Shown: piece after piece, positions 39,706 to 50,886 of the stretch
How the letters are laid out: every line of letters starts with the position of its first letter
Numbering within the stretch: position 1 is the first letter of the stretch
Assembly: GCF_004010195.1 (NCBI RefSeq)
Contig: NC_057760.1
Span: 4,047,507-4,111,506, forward strand
DNA from: Chiloscyllium plagiosum
Taxonomy: Eukaryota
DNA: 64,000 nt
Direction of reading: 5' to 3'
Notes under the pieces: model-generated
Databases searched by the model: none
What the model saw: only the letters and a program-made list of their open reading frames with translations
Told to the model about the DNA's origin: nothing
Program-made: the position numbers and the translations under genes

Positions 39706-39800
39706 CTGGTACGGGCAGAGCCGAGCCATACTGCCGCTGGCGGAGCTGAACAGCGGAATCCATGCGGCCAAGAAAGGAATCAGAACAAGTCGCAAGCAGG
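39706..39800 (-). other. CHTOP: Putative CHTOP first exon (5' leader; 5' boundary approximate)
   Basis: Consensus CAG|gtaagg donor at 39705 inside the CpG island, facing away from the E-box promoter. Confidence 0.7.
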
Positions 39801-39980
39801 AGGAATGATCACGTGGGGTAGCTGAGGGACGGAGATTGATCACGTGGGAGCGCGGTGACGGCTTGGGAAGGTCACGTGGGAGCGCAAGCAATTCAAGGAA
39901 AAGGCGGCGGGGGCGTGGTCGAACACGGAAATGTCACGTGGGGCGCGGTGACGTCTGTTCTGGTCACGTGGTCCGGTGGG
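39800..39980. promoter_or_regulatory. Bidirectional CHTOP/GBA1 CpG-island promoter with five TCACGTGG E-box/CLEAR-like motifs
   Basis: CACGTG at 39810, 39841, 39873, 39935 and 39965; GC box ggggcgtgg ~39910; ETS-like cggaaat ~39926; CRE-like tgacgtct 39949; the only clearly CpG-rich non-repeat stretch (~39550-40170). Confidence 0.85.
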
Positions 39981-40043
39981 GCTGGCTCTCACTGACCCCG
40001 GATTTCTCTTGAGTTTTTTTCAAAGATCGGATTCCTGTCAATC

Positions 40044-40167
40044 AGCGCTGAGGAAGTGCCGCACTGTCGGAGGGTCCGTGCTGAGGGAGCGCCGCACTGT
40101 CGGAGGGTCAGTGCTGAGGGAGCGCCGCACTGTCGGAGGGTCAGCGCTGAGGGAGCGTCGGAGGGTC
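40044..40167. repeat. 33-bp minisatellite, ~3.7 copies
   Basis: Unit agtgctgagggagcgccgcactgtcggagggtc. Confidence 0.95.
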
Positions 40168-40394
40168 TGACCTAGCCTGTATTGACCCTCTGACTGTGCA
40201 GCATTCCTCAGTCTGCTCTTCTGATGGACCGCCATGTGCTCGGACACTGCACTGGATGCTCTGATGGAGAATATCTGTGAAAGCCTTTAGATCAGCCTTT
40301 GTGCGCTAACCTGCGGATGTTTACCACAATACTACCAGTGCACTGACACTGAACCCAGTCACAAAGGATAGTCAGTTTCTACATTGATGAGGAA

Positions 40395-40846
40395 GTGCAG
40401 TGTTGGACTGTGCTGCACAAAGTTAGAAACCACAAAACGGCAGGTTATCATCCAACAGGTTTATTTGGCAGTACAAGCTTTCAGAGCACTGCTCCTTTGT
40501 CAGGTAGCTAGTGGAGCAGGATCATAGGACACAATTTATAAAAGAACATAATGTCATACGACCGATGCGATATATTAAACAAACAGAGATTGCTGTTAAG
40601 TCTTAATCATTAATTAAGTCTTCATGAGTCAAAACCTACAACCCATTCTAAATGATTAAGATTTAACAGCAATCTAGGTTTGTTCAATACATTGCATCAA
40701 TTGTCTGACTCTTTGATCTTTTACTATAAATTCTGTGTCCTATGATCCTGCCCCACTAGCTACCTGACATAGGAGCAGCACTCTGAAAGCTTGTACTACT
40801 ATATAAACCTGTTGGTTGACAATCTGGTGTTCTGTGATTTGTAACT
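40395..40846. mobile_element. Fold-back Penelope-like pLTR element (~190-bp imperfect arms), with decayed hammerhead motifs in both arms
   Basis: Arms ~40421-40611 and ~40652-40846 are reverse complements; cctgaca(a/t)aggagcag..ctctgaaagctt on each strand. Confidence 0.75.
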
Positions 40847-41211
40847 AAATCTGTATATTGTCCAGTCTTGCTCCTGGTAATTCCTTATACTTGGCTGTAC
40901 ACTATAAAACCATAACAGTTTTAGACCATAAGACATTGGAGCAGAATTGGGCCTTGCAGCCCACAGAATCTGCTCCATCATTCAGTCATGGCTGATATGT
41001 TCCTCAACCCTATTTTCCTGCCTTATCCCCATAACCCTTGACACCCTTACTAATTAAAGATATAGCTAACTCTGTTTTAAATACAATTAATGACTTTGTT
41101 TTGGATTACAGCTTTTAACATTTTTCCCGGTATCTTTCTGTTCAGTTAGGATACCGTGAGGTACTGAAGAAACTGCAACAAAGAGAAACTATATCAGTTT
41201 CCTCCTCCAAG

Positions 41212-41272
41212 ATGCCCAGCGTTTGTTTCTTTTTATGTTTTCTGCCTTTCTGGCCAATCCTTCCAGTCTCAG
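41212..41272 (+). CDS. GBA1: GBA1 signal-peptide exon (human exon 2 equivalent; exon starts 41146 or 41150)
   Basis: aagATG; MPSVCFFLCFLPFWPILPVS is hydrophobic; G|gtgagg phase-1 donor joins the next exon as A-GKPC. Confidence 0.85.
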
Positions 41273-42037
41273 GTGAGGAATTGACATGTAAACAAAGTTG
41301 ACAGTAATGTTTCACAGATTAGTGCAGGCACTGAGTCTTGTTCAGCAAACTGATTGGAAACAGTCTGCAAGATAAGTGCAAACAGGATGATTATTTCAAA
41401 CCAGGCTCCTCAGTGGCCCCTGTAGACTGATGTAGATCCAAATTAGTTTGGGTTAGAGCTAGTTCAACTGGGATATTAGTTCAGAAAGCCAAATCCATCT
41501 TGGCATCAGAAGTTGCATTCAGTATTGAGGACTGAAATGTGTGGATTCATTGCATCTGACCTGACCCCACTGGAATGCAGAATTTCTCAGTCGCATGGGA
41601 TCTGAAAATGGCCATACCCCTTATGAACAGATTTTCAGAAATCCCCTCCGACTGTATCTTTTGTTCTGGGCTGGCAGGTGTTGCACATGTTACACGACCT
41701 CATGCTCGTTTCCCAGTCTGTACGTTCCTGAATGTGTTCCCAGCAGCCTGATAAGCCAAATGGGACGGCTTTCCGTCCATGAGATTGGACATCACTGGGA
41801 GATCCTGAGGAAATTTGAGAATATCTGTGGAGGAGAATCAAAGATTCTAGGAACTTGGGGAGAAGAGAAGAAATCTTTTCTCATAGGATTGAGAGTCATC
41901 AAAGCTCTGAGTCAAAAGGTATTAAATATTTTTAAGGCAGATGTAAATAGATTCTTGTCAAGCAAAAAGTGAAAAGTTATGGATTAGTGGGAATGTGGAG
42001 CAATCATATTAGCTTGGATCTGTGTGAATAATCAACT

Positions 42038-42198
42038 CGGAGAAAGTGAGAACTGCAGATGCTGGAGATCAGAGCTGAAAAATGTGTTGCTGGAAAAGCG
42101 CAGCAGGTCAGGAAGGGCTTATGCCCGAAACGTCGATTCTCCTACTCCTTGGATGCTGCCTGACCTGCGCTTTTCCAGCAACACATTTTTCAGCTCTG
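42038..42198. mobile_element. Miniature fold-back Penelope-like pLTR element
   Basis: ggagaaagtgagaactgcagatgctgg terminus, inverted arms, gaagggcttatgcccgaaacgtcga; flanking direct repeat tctgtgtgaataat at 42019-42032 and 42195-42208. Confidence 0.85.
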
Positions 42199-42498
42199 TG
42201 TGAATAATGGATTGGCCTTGATGGTCTACCTCTGCTCCAAGTTCATTTTATTTCAAGGACCTTCCCTATTGGATCACTGTGACGTTTTTATATTTTGTAC
42301 AAGTTTCAGCCCAAGGCTCTGAAATTATAGTTGTAAAACCTGCTAAATCTCATCTGATGAATTACTATTTGAGTCATGTACCAAAATGTCATTAGTGCCT
42401 GGAACATTACCTTAGTGAAAGGTGGCACCTTTGAAGAGTAGGGAAGGGATAAAAATGGGACAGACTGTTGTTGTAACTGTTTACGTTTCTCTTCTCAG

Positions 42499-42690
42499 CT
42501 GGTAAACCGTGTGATGCCACGAGTTTTGGGGGTAGCTCAGTGGTTTGTATTTGCAATGCGACATACTGCGATACAATGGATCCACTGGTGTTGCCAGAGA
42601 AAGGCCATTACCTTTTGTATGAAACCACTAAGGCTGGTAAAAGGCTTGAGAGCAAAATCGGAAATATCCTAACAAACACAAAACAGGAAG
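42499..42690 (+). CDS. GBA1: GBA1 exon 3 equivalent (192 nt)
   Basis: GKPCDATSFGGSSVVCICNATYCD...YETTKAGKRLE; canonical splice sites; size matches human. Confidence 0.97.
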
Positions 42691-43549
42691 GTAATGTTTG
42701 TAGTTGCTGCTTTTCTTTGTTTGGTTTCATGGGATGGTTTGCCACCATTAATTACCTGTCCCTCATTGTCCTTGAGATGCCTTCTGGAATCTCTGCAGAG
42801 TACTTTGCTGAAAGGCCATAATCGAAAGCAATAATTAGTTGAAGTGAATCATTTCAGATATTCCTTTGTGAACAATTATTTTTGCGTCTACCTTCATTCA
42901 GTTCATAAAAATAGAGAATTGTACTGACGAGGAAAACTCCCTGCAGCCTTGAACAAAGTCAATTGCATTGTTCACTTCCAGTATTCCCTCTGTGTGTCCA
43001 GTGAGACATTCCATCATTGTTGGAACTTACTCGCCTCCTTGCTCATGTTTTCATCTCTAGTTTGAACTAAACCAGACCTCTTCTGGATAGTCATCTTATC
43101 TTTTCCCTCATAAGCTTAAATTCCATAATTATTCTTAATAATTTTTATCGATGCACAAAGAAAGCACCCTATCCGGATACATCATAACTCCGTATGGCAA
43201 CTGGTGTGCCCAACATTGCAAGAAATTACAGAACTCGGAAACAGTAAAGACAGCAGATGCTGGAAGTCAGAGTCAATAGATGTGAGGCTGGAAAAGCGCA
43301 GCAGGTCAAAGAGTTGTAAACACAGCCCAGTCCATTAAGAAAAACAGCATTCCTTCCATTGACTCTACCTTGGGAAAGCAGCCAGTTTAACCAAAGATTC
43401 CTCCCACCCTGGTTATATTCTCTTCCAGCCTCTTCCATTAGGCATCATACTTCTCCTGTTGATCTTCTCTGCACCTTCTCCATGCCTGTGATACTAGATT
43501 CTGCATTCTCTTCTATTACCCAAATGTACTTAATGAAATACATGTTATC

Positions 43550-43868
43550 ATAGAACCCTTACAGTGTGGAAAGAGGACATTTGGCCCATTGAGTCCACAC
43601 TGATTCTCCAAAGAGGATCCCACCCACACCCACCCCAAGCCTGTAACCATGCATTTCTGATAGCTAACCCACGTAGCCTGCACATCCCTGGATCTATGGG
43701 ACAATTTACCATGGCCAAAGCACCTAACCTCTGGGAGAAAACCGGACCACCCCGAGGAAACTCACGTCGACAAGGGGAGAATGTGCAAACTCCGCACACA
43801 AGCTGTATTGAACCCAGCTCCCTGGTACCGTGAGGCAGCAGGGCTAAACAGTGAGTCACCCGTGCCAT
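43550..43868 (-). mobile_element. Diverged HE1/V-SINE
   Basis: ggggagaatgtgcaaactcc, gtgaggcagcagggctaaac and tail segments. Confidence 0.75.
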
Positions 43869-44745
43869 AGATTTGTTGGGTTGGCACTCAAAACAATTTT
43901 CACTATATCTTGGTACATGTGACAATAAATCAAATTGAATTTTGGAGGTGATGGCGTATTGGTATTATCACTAGTCTATTAATCCAGAGACCCAGGCCAT
44001 GTTCTTGGATCAGTTTGAGTGCTACCATGGCAGATGGTTGAAATGAATTGGCCAGTTTTCCTTTAATCCAAAGGATTCTTTCTTTTGCTGTCAGTCTGCC
44101 ATGTGGAACCTTATTAAAAGCCTTGCTGAAGTCCAAATAGAATACATGAAAAACATTACCTCAACCCCACACCTTCAAAAATTCAACCAAGTTGGTCGTA
44201 CATGACCACCCCACCTTAACATCACCCTTCTGACTGTTCTTGATTCCCTGCCTTTCCAAATGTAGATTAGTTATGTTCCTCTGAACTGCTTCCAGCAGTT
44301 TCCCAAATGTTGATGCTAGATTAACTGGCCTGTAATTTCCTTGTTTATCCCTTGCTTCCTTTTTAAATTACAGTACCATATTGGCTGTCTTTCAGTCCTT
44401 TGGCACCTACCCCATAGTCAGAGGAATTGAAAATTATTGCTAGTGCTCTTGTTATTTTCTCCTTTTGACTCACACAACAACCTGGGATACATTTTGTGTG
44501 GCCCTGGAGATTTAATCTTTTAAGCATGCCAGAGGACTCAGAACCTCCTCTCTGACGATGCTAATTTCTTCAAATGTATCGCAGTCCTCCTCCTTGATTT
44601 TTATATCCATGTCATCCCTCTCGCTAGTGAACACTGACACAAAGTATTAGTTTAGAAATCTACCTATATTCTCTGACTGCACACACAAATTACCACTGTG
44701 GCCCTTAATGGGCTCTAGTCTTTCCCTTGTTTTCCTTTTATCTCA

Positions 44746-47700
44746 GTGTTTAGGGGAACATTGGGACCGGTTCTGGGGAAGGTGGGACTATTACAAAATG
44801 GACGGTCTACATCTGAACCAGACTGGAACCAATGTCCTTGGGGGAGTTTTTGCTACTGCTGTTGGGGAGATTTTAAACTAATGTGGCAGGGGACTGGGAA
44901 CCAGAAGAGAAAACAAGTAAGCAGCGAGGTGGAGACTGGAGACTGTAAGAATTATGAAGATAGCAGTAATAAAGGGAAGAGTAGGCAGAGAGCAGATGAG
45001 CGCAAAAAAACTGGTGGCATGGAATGCATCTACTTTAATGCAAGGAGTATAGTGTGTAAGGCAGATGAACTTAGGGCTTGGATTGGTGCCTGGGAGTATG
45101 ATGATATTGCAATCACAGAGACTTGGTTGAAGGAAGGGCATAATGATTAGCAATTAAATGTTCCAGGATACAGACGCTTCAGACAGGACAGGGAGGGAAG
45201 TGAAAGGGATGGGGGGGGGAGGTGCATTGCTGGTTAAGGACGATATCACGGCTGTGCTAAAGGAGCACACTATGGAGGTTTTGGGTAGTGAGGCATAATG
45301 GGTGGAGCTGAGAAATAAGAAGGGTGCAGTTACATTATTGGGGCTGTATTACAGGCTTCCCAACAGTGAGCGTGAGGTAGAAGAACAAATAGGCAAACAG
45401 ATTATGGAAAGATGTAGAGGCAATAGGATAATGGTGATGGGAGACTTTAATTTTCCCAACATTGACTGGGATACACTTAACGTCAGAGGTCTAGATGGGG
45501 TAGAATTTGTAAGAAGCGTCCAGGAGAGTTTTCTAGAGCAATATGTCAATAGTCCGACGAAGGAAGGAGCTATATTGGACCTGGTATTGGGGAATGAGCC
45601 AGGACAGGTGATAGAAGTTGCGGTGGGGGATTTCTTTGGGAACAGTGACCACAATTCTGTAAGTTTTAGAATACTGGTAGATAAAGAAGAGAGTGGTCCT
45701 AAGGGAAGAGTACTAAACTGGGCCAGGGCCAATTATATCAAAATTAAGCAGGAGCTGGGAAATGTGGATTGGACACAGCTATTTGAAGGGAAGTCCACAT
45801 TTGAGATGTGGGAGGCTTTCAAAGACAGTGCAGGATAGGCATGTCCTGTTGAAGGCAACGAATAGGAAGGGCAAGATTCGTGAACCGTGGATGACAGGAG
45901 AAATTGTACGACTAGCCAAGAGGAAAAGGGAAGCATACATAAGGTCTACGCAGCTAAGAACAGAATGGGCCCTGGAAGAATATCGCAAGAGTAGAATAAG
46001 TCTTAAACAAAGAATCAAGCGGGTTAAAAGGAGTCATGAAATAGCATTAGCGAGCATTTTATTCTTATATAAGAAGCAAGCAGGTAACTAGAGAAAGGAT
46101 TGGTCCACTAAAGGATAACGAAGGAAGACTGTGGGTCGAACCTGAGAGAATGGGTGAGATTCTGAATGATTACTTTGCATCAGGGTTCACTGAGGAGAGG
46201 AACATGATCAACGTTGAGATTAGAGATAGAAGTTTGATTAGTCTGGATCACGTTGACATAAGTAGGGAAGATGTGTTGGATAGGCTAGAGGTTATTAGGA
46301 TGGACAAATCCCCAGGACCGGATGAGATCTATCCCAGGTTGCTGAGGGAGGCGAGAGAGGAAATAGCTGGGACCCTGACAGATATCTTTGTGGCATCCTT
46401 AAAGACAGGTGAGGTGCCGGAGGACTGGAGGGTTGCTCATGTTGTCCCCCTGTATAAGAAGGGTAGTAGGGATATTCCGGGTAACTATAGACCAGTGAGC
46501 TGACGTTGGTGGTGGGAAAGATGCTGGAGAAGGTACTGAGGGATAGGATCTGTTTATATTTAGAAAAGAATGGGCTTATCAGTGATAGGCAACATGGGTT
46601 TTGTACAGGGGAGATTGTGCCTTACCAACTTAATAGAGTTCTTCAAGGAAGTGACCAAGTTGATAGATGAAGGAAGGGCTGTTGATGTCATATATATGGA
46701 CTTTAGTAAGGTGTTTGATAAGGTTCCCCATGGCAGACTAATGGAGAAAGTGAAGTCATATGGTGTGCAGGGTGTTCTAGCTAGGTGGATAAATAACTGT
46801 TTGAGCAACAGGAGACAGAGAGTAGTAGTTGAAGGGAATTTCTTGAAATGGAGAAAGGTGACCAGTGTGTTTCACAGGGGTCAGTGTTGGGGCTACTGTT
46901 GTTTGTGATAAACATAAATGATCTGGAAGAGGGCACTGTTGGTATGACCAGTAAGTTTGCAGATGACACAAAGATTGGTGGAGTAGCAGAAAGCATAAGG
47001 GACTGTCAGAGAATACAGGAGGATATAGATAGACTGGAGAGTTGGGTGGAAAAGTGGCAGATGGCTTTCAATCCAGACAAATGTGAGATGATGCATTTAG
47101 GCAAGATTAATTCCAGAGCGAATTATACAATGAACGGAAAAGCTATGGGAAAAGTTGATGGGCAGAGACTACTGGGAGTGTAGGTCCATTGTATCCTGAA
47201 GGTTGCTGCACAGGTGGATAGAATGGTCAAGAAGGCACATAGTATGCTTGCCTTCATTGGACGGGGTTTTGAATATAAGAGCTGGTAAGTCATGTTAAAA
47301 TTGTACAAGATATTGGTTCGGCCACATTTAGAACACTGTGTACAGTTCTGGTCCGCACATTACCAAAAGGATGTGGACGCTTTGGAGAGAGTGCAAAGAA
47401 GGTTTACAAGGATGTTGCCTGGTATGGAAGGTGCTAGCTATGGAGAGAGGTTGAGTAGGTCAGGTTTATTTTCATTAGAAAAAAGGAGATTGAGGAGGGG
47501 ACCTGATTGAGGTTTATAAAATCATGAAGGGTATAGACCGGGTGGAGAGAGACAAGCTTTTTCCCAGGGTGAAGGATTCAATAACGAGAGGTCACACTTT
47601 CAAGGTGAGAGGTGGAAAGTTCAAGGGGGATACACGCGGCTAGTACTTCACACACCGGGTGGTGGGTGTTTTGGAACATGTTGCCAGCAGAGGTGGTAGA

Positions 47701-47873
47701 GGGAGGCACAGTAGATTCATTTAAGATGTGCCCAGATAAATGCATGAGTAGGTGGGGAGCAGAGGGATACAGATGCTTTGGAATTGACCGACAGGTTTAG
47801 ACAGTACATTTGGATCGGCTCAGGCTTGGCGGGCCGAAGGGCCTGTCCCTGGGTTGTAAATTTTCTTTGTTCT
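44746..47873 (+). mobile_element. CR1 LINE, ~3.1 kb (end of ORF1, APE endonuclease, RT, 3' UTR), inactivated; nested in an older minus-strand CR1 (~44050-48270)
   Basis: CIYFNARSI, AITETWL, MGDFNFP, SDHNSV, KSPGPD, DFSKVFDKVPH, KFADDTKIGG; several frameshifts and stops. Confidence 0.94.
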
Positions 47874-49616
47874 TTGGAAAAAATGTCATGGAAAGTTCCC
47901 TTAGTTTATGTACCATTATCCTTTCATGTCCCCAGTTTGCACTCCTGATTTCCTTTTCAAGTTCCCCCTTGTATTTTCTAGACTCCTTCAAGGGCTTCTG
48001 CTGTTTTGGGCCATTAGGATCAGTCGTAAGCATACCTTTTTAATCCATATATCCCTCGATTTGTTGGTCCCACCCTTTATCTTTTATTTGAACATGTTGG
48101 CCCTGTACTTTTCCTATTTCCCTCTTGATTGCATCCCACTGCTTTGACATAGATTTTCCTGGAAGTATCTGCTCCCAAGTTTCTCTGGTCAAATCACATC
48201 TGATCTCATTAAAATAAGCCTACTCCCATTTAAAATTTTGATTTCCTGGTCTTTAAAAAATCTTCCTTTTCCCAGACAACAGAGTATTCCCTCGATTCCA
48301 TTGACGTCTTACTTCCATAATCACCTCCAGATTGCAACCCCTAAGATATCTGCACAACTCCGATGCAGGGATAGGTTAGGGAGAATTGAGTCTAGTTGGG
48401 ATGCTCTTCAGAGGATTGGTGTGGATTCAATGGGCTGAACAATTTGCTTCCATGCTGTAAGGATTCTGTGGTGCTATTAATTCTAGACTTTATACATCCA
48501 TGCTTTTCTTGGCTCTACTGTTGGTGGTCGTACTATCGGCTGCCCGGGTCCTGAGCTCTGGCATTACTTCCCTAAATCTCTGTCTGTCTGTCACCTTTTA
48601 AAATGCTTTTCAATTTATTTGTTTACTTGATTCGAGTTCACTGTAGTCAGACAACCTCAAGCAGTGACTTCTCTTCCTGTCTTTGCAGATTTACCTCCAG
48701 AATTCCTTGGGGATTGAGCTTTTGGTTCCTCATATTTTTTACGCATGTGCTGATTCGTGGAATTAAAACACCGCATCAAGTTCCACTGACATGTTGATGA
48801 TGATGACATGTTCCACTGCCCCTCACCCACTGCTGTTGACATCTTCTCTGTATCAGATTGGTCAGGCTTCGTGTTTGACATGAGACGTTTGATGAACTCA
48901 ACCTCCTTCAGTGAATCATAGAGGAGCTTGAAGCCATAGTCCTTTGCCCCAGCCATAAGCTCTGGCCTTGCAACATCAACATCCCCTGTTTTCTTGGTTG
49001 CTGCGTCAGGCTGAAACTGACAGGGTGCAGCATCTGTAAACCGAGGTGAATCAGAATCTGATTCTGAAGACTACATGTATATCTTCACTCCCTTAGTCCA
49101 TTGCTGTCTGACCTTCTTTCTCTGCTTCACTGAGCTGCTGCTAAAATCCTCATTCCTGCAGGTCTCCTGTTCTTATATTCCCTTTAGTTGCCCTTCTGTA
49201 ATGTCCTTCCTCAGAAAACTGATCATTCAGAAAATTGCTAATATTTTTAGTCAACCTGTTCAGGGATGTTATAGTGCATGTCAGGAACAGGTGGGGCTTG
49301 AGCCAGGGCCTTCTGGCTCAGAGACAGATATACTACCACTGTACCTTCTTTATGTATTCTATCTCATTCAGTGCTGTCCAAGTTCATTCACACTGGCTTC
49401 CTATCCCCAATGCATTGATTTAAATTTGTCATTGTTTTCAAATTCCTTTCAGGGTTGTGTCTCTGTGACCAACTCCAATTTCAGATACCTTCACATGTCC
49501 TTCAGTCTAATTCTAGCCTCTTAGAAGTCAGTGGTAACAAATTGAATACTACTGAGCTTTCCTTGAAATCCAACTCCTTATTTCCAGTGCCCTAAATGAC
49601 AGCCTTGTTCCCCTAG

Positions 49617-49763
49617 GTTTGCAGCTGACTTTTGATGTGAGGAAGAAATACCAGCAGATGAAAGGTTTTGGAGGTGCGATCACTGATGCTGCAGCTATCA
49701 ACATTCTCTCACTTTCTGCTGGGTCCCAGGAAAATCTTCTCCGATCCTACTTTTCCGAAGAAG
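49617..49763 (+). CDS. GBA1: GBA1 exon 4 equivalent (147 nt)
   Basis: [52 protein letters not shown] boundaries. Confidence 0.97.
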
Positions 49764-49915
49764 GTTTGTGTGGATCAAAATTAAAGCATGCTGCAAAAGA
49801 CCAGGAATTATTAACAGGCCCCTGTGTGGTTATATCTTCCTTGTCATAGCGTCCACAGAAAAGCTCAGCTTTGGAAACACTGACACATTCATCTTGCCAA
49901 TTTTTCCGAATGCAG

Positions 49916-50049
49916 GAATTGAGTACAATATTATCCGTGTACCGATGGCGAGCTGTGATTTTTCAACACGTGTGTACACTTATGATGACCATTCTGGAGA
50001 CCTGGATCTGCAACACTTCAGTTTGACAGAGGAAGACACCAAAATGAAG
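49916..50049 (+). CDS. GBA1: GBA1 exon 5 equivalent (134 nt)
   Basis: [24 protein letters not shown]...EEDTKMK. Confidence 0.97.
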
Positions 50050-50350
50050 GTTAAATGCTTGCCCTTCTTTGCACGTTTGATAGGAACAATTGGACATTTG
50101 GGAGGGAAGGGATAGTGTCAGCCTTAGCCTTCCTGCGACAGCAGCCTTTCCCTGATTTGGCTTCTTCCGTCTCTCCCACATTGCCTCTCCTTCCTCTGTT
50201 TTCATGTCCTTTCTACCACTGCCCCCTCACATTTCCCCCCCTTGCCCTTCCCTCAGTGTCTTCCTTCAGTGCCTCCTCCTGTTCTCCCCTTCACGCCCAT
50301 CCCCTGGTGTTCCTCATCTCCTGAGCTCACTCAGCTCCCCTTTATCCTAT

Positions 50351-50560
50351 GGAGGAGAAAGTGAGGTCTGCAGATGCTGGAGATCAAAGTTGAAACTTTA
50401 TTGCTGGAACAGCACAGCAGGTCAGGCAGCATCCAGGGAACAGGCGATTCGACGTTTTGGGCACAGGCCCTTCTTCAGGAAGGGCCTGTGCCCGAAACGT
50501 CGAATCTCCTGTTCCCTGGATGCTGCCTGACCTGCTGTGCTGTTCCAGCAATAAAGTTTC
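50351..50560. mobile_element. Miniature fold-back Penelope-like pLTR element
   Basis: 82-bp arms 50392-50473 and 50479-50560; flanking direct repeat tcccctttatcctat at 50336-50350 and 50559-50573. Confidence 0.88.
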
Positions 50561-50713
50561 CCCTTTATCCTATCCCTTCTCTTCTTTCCATTGCCATTTG
50601 TCTAGCCATTTTCCTGCATTTTTATAAGCCCAAGAATTGACCTTAGCATAACTCCACTGGTGGAATGTGAACACTCCCATTCAAATCTGATCTTTTTTTT
50701 CTTCTCCAACTAG

Positions 50714-50886
50714 ATCCCAATTATTCAAGCGGCCAAAGCAGTCTCCAAACGTCCCATGTCCTTGTTTGCGAGTCCATGGACTGCTCCACCCTGGATGAAA
50801 ACAAGCAATTCAACAATTGGGAAGGGGACTTTGAAGGGGAAGCCTGGAGGAAAATACTACAAGTCATGGGCAAAGTATTTCATCAG
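50714..50886 (+). CDS. GBA1: GBA1 exon 6 equivalent (173 nt)
   Basis: IPIIQAAKAVSKRPMSLFASPWTAPPWMKTSNSTIGKGTLKGKPGGKYYKSWAKYFI; read manually (not in the ORF track). Confidence 0.96.

Noticed and set aside
40044..40167. CRISPR-like periodic 33-bp repeat
   Set aside because: Units are contiguous with no unique spacers, there are no cas genes, and the context is vertebrate.
40234..40290. gccATG in good context as the GBA1 upstream start
   Set aside because: Stops after 18 codons, and no convincing donor joins it in frame to 41146 or 41150.
44746..47873. Possibly active full-length CR1
   Set aside because: 5'-truncated within ORF1, and ORF2 has multiple stops and frameshifts.
50448..50503. 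Functional hammerheads in the 50351-50560 copy
   Set aside because: The minus-strand core has GAAA changed to AAAA and the plus-strand copy lacks CUGA, so both look inactive.
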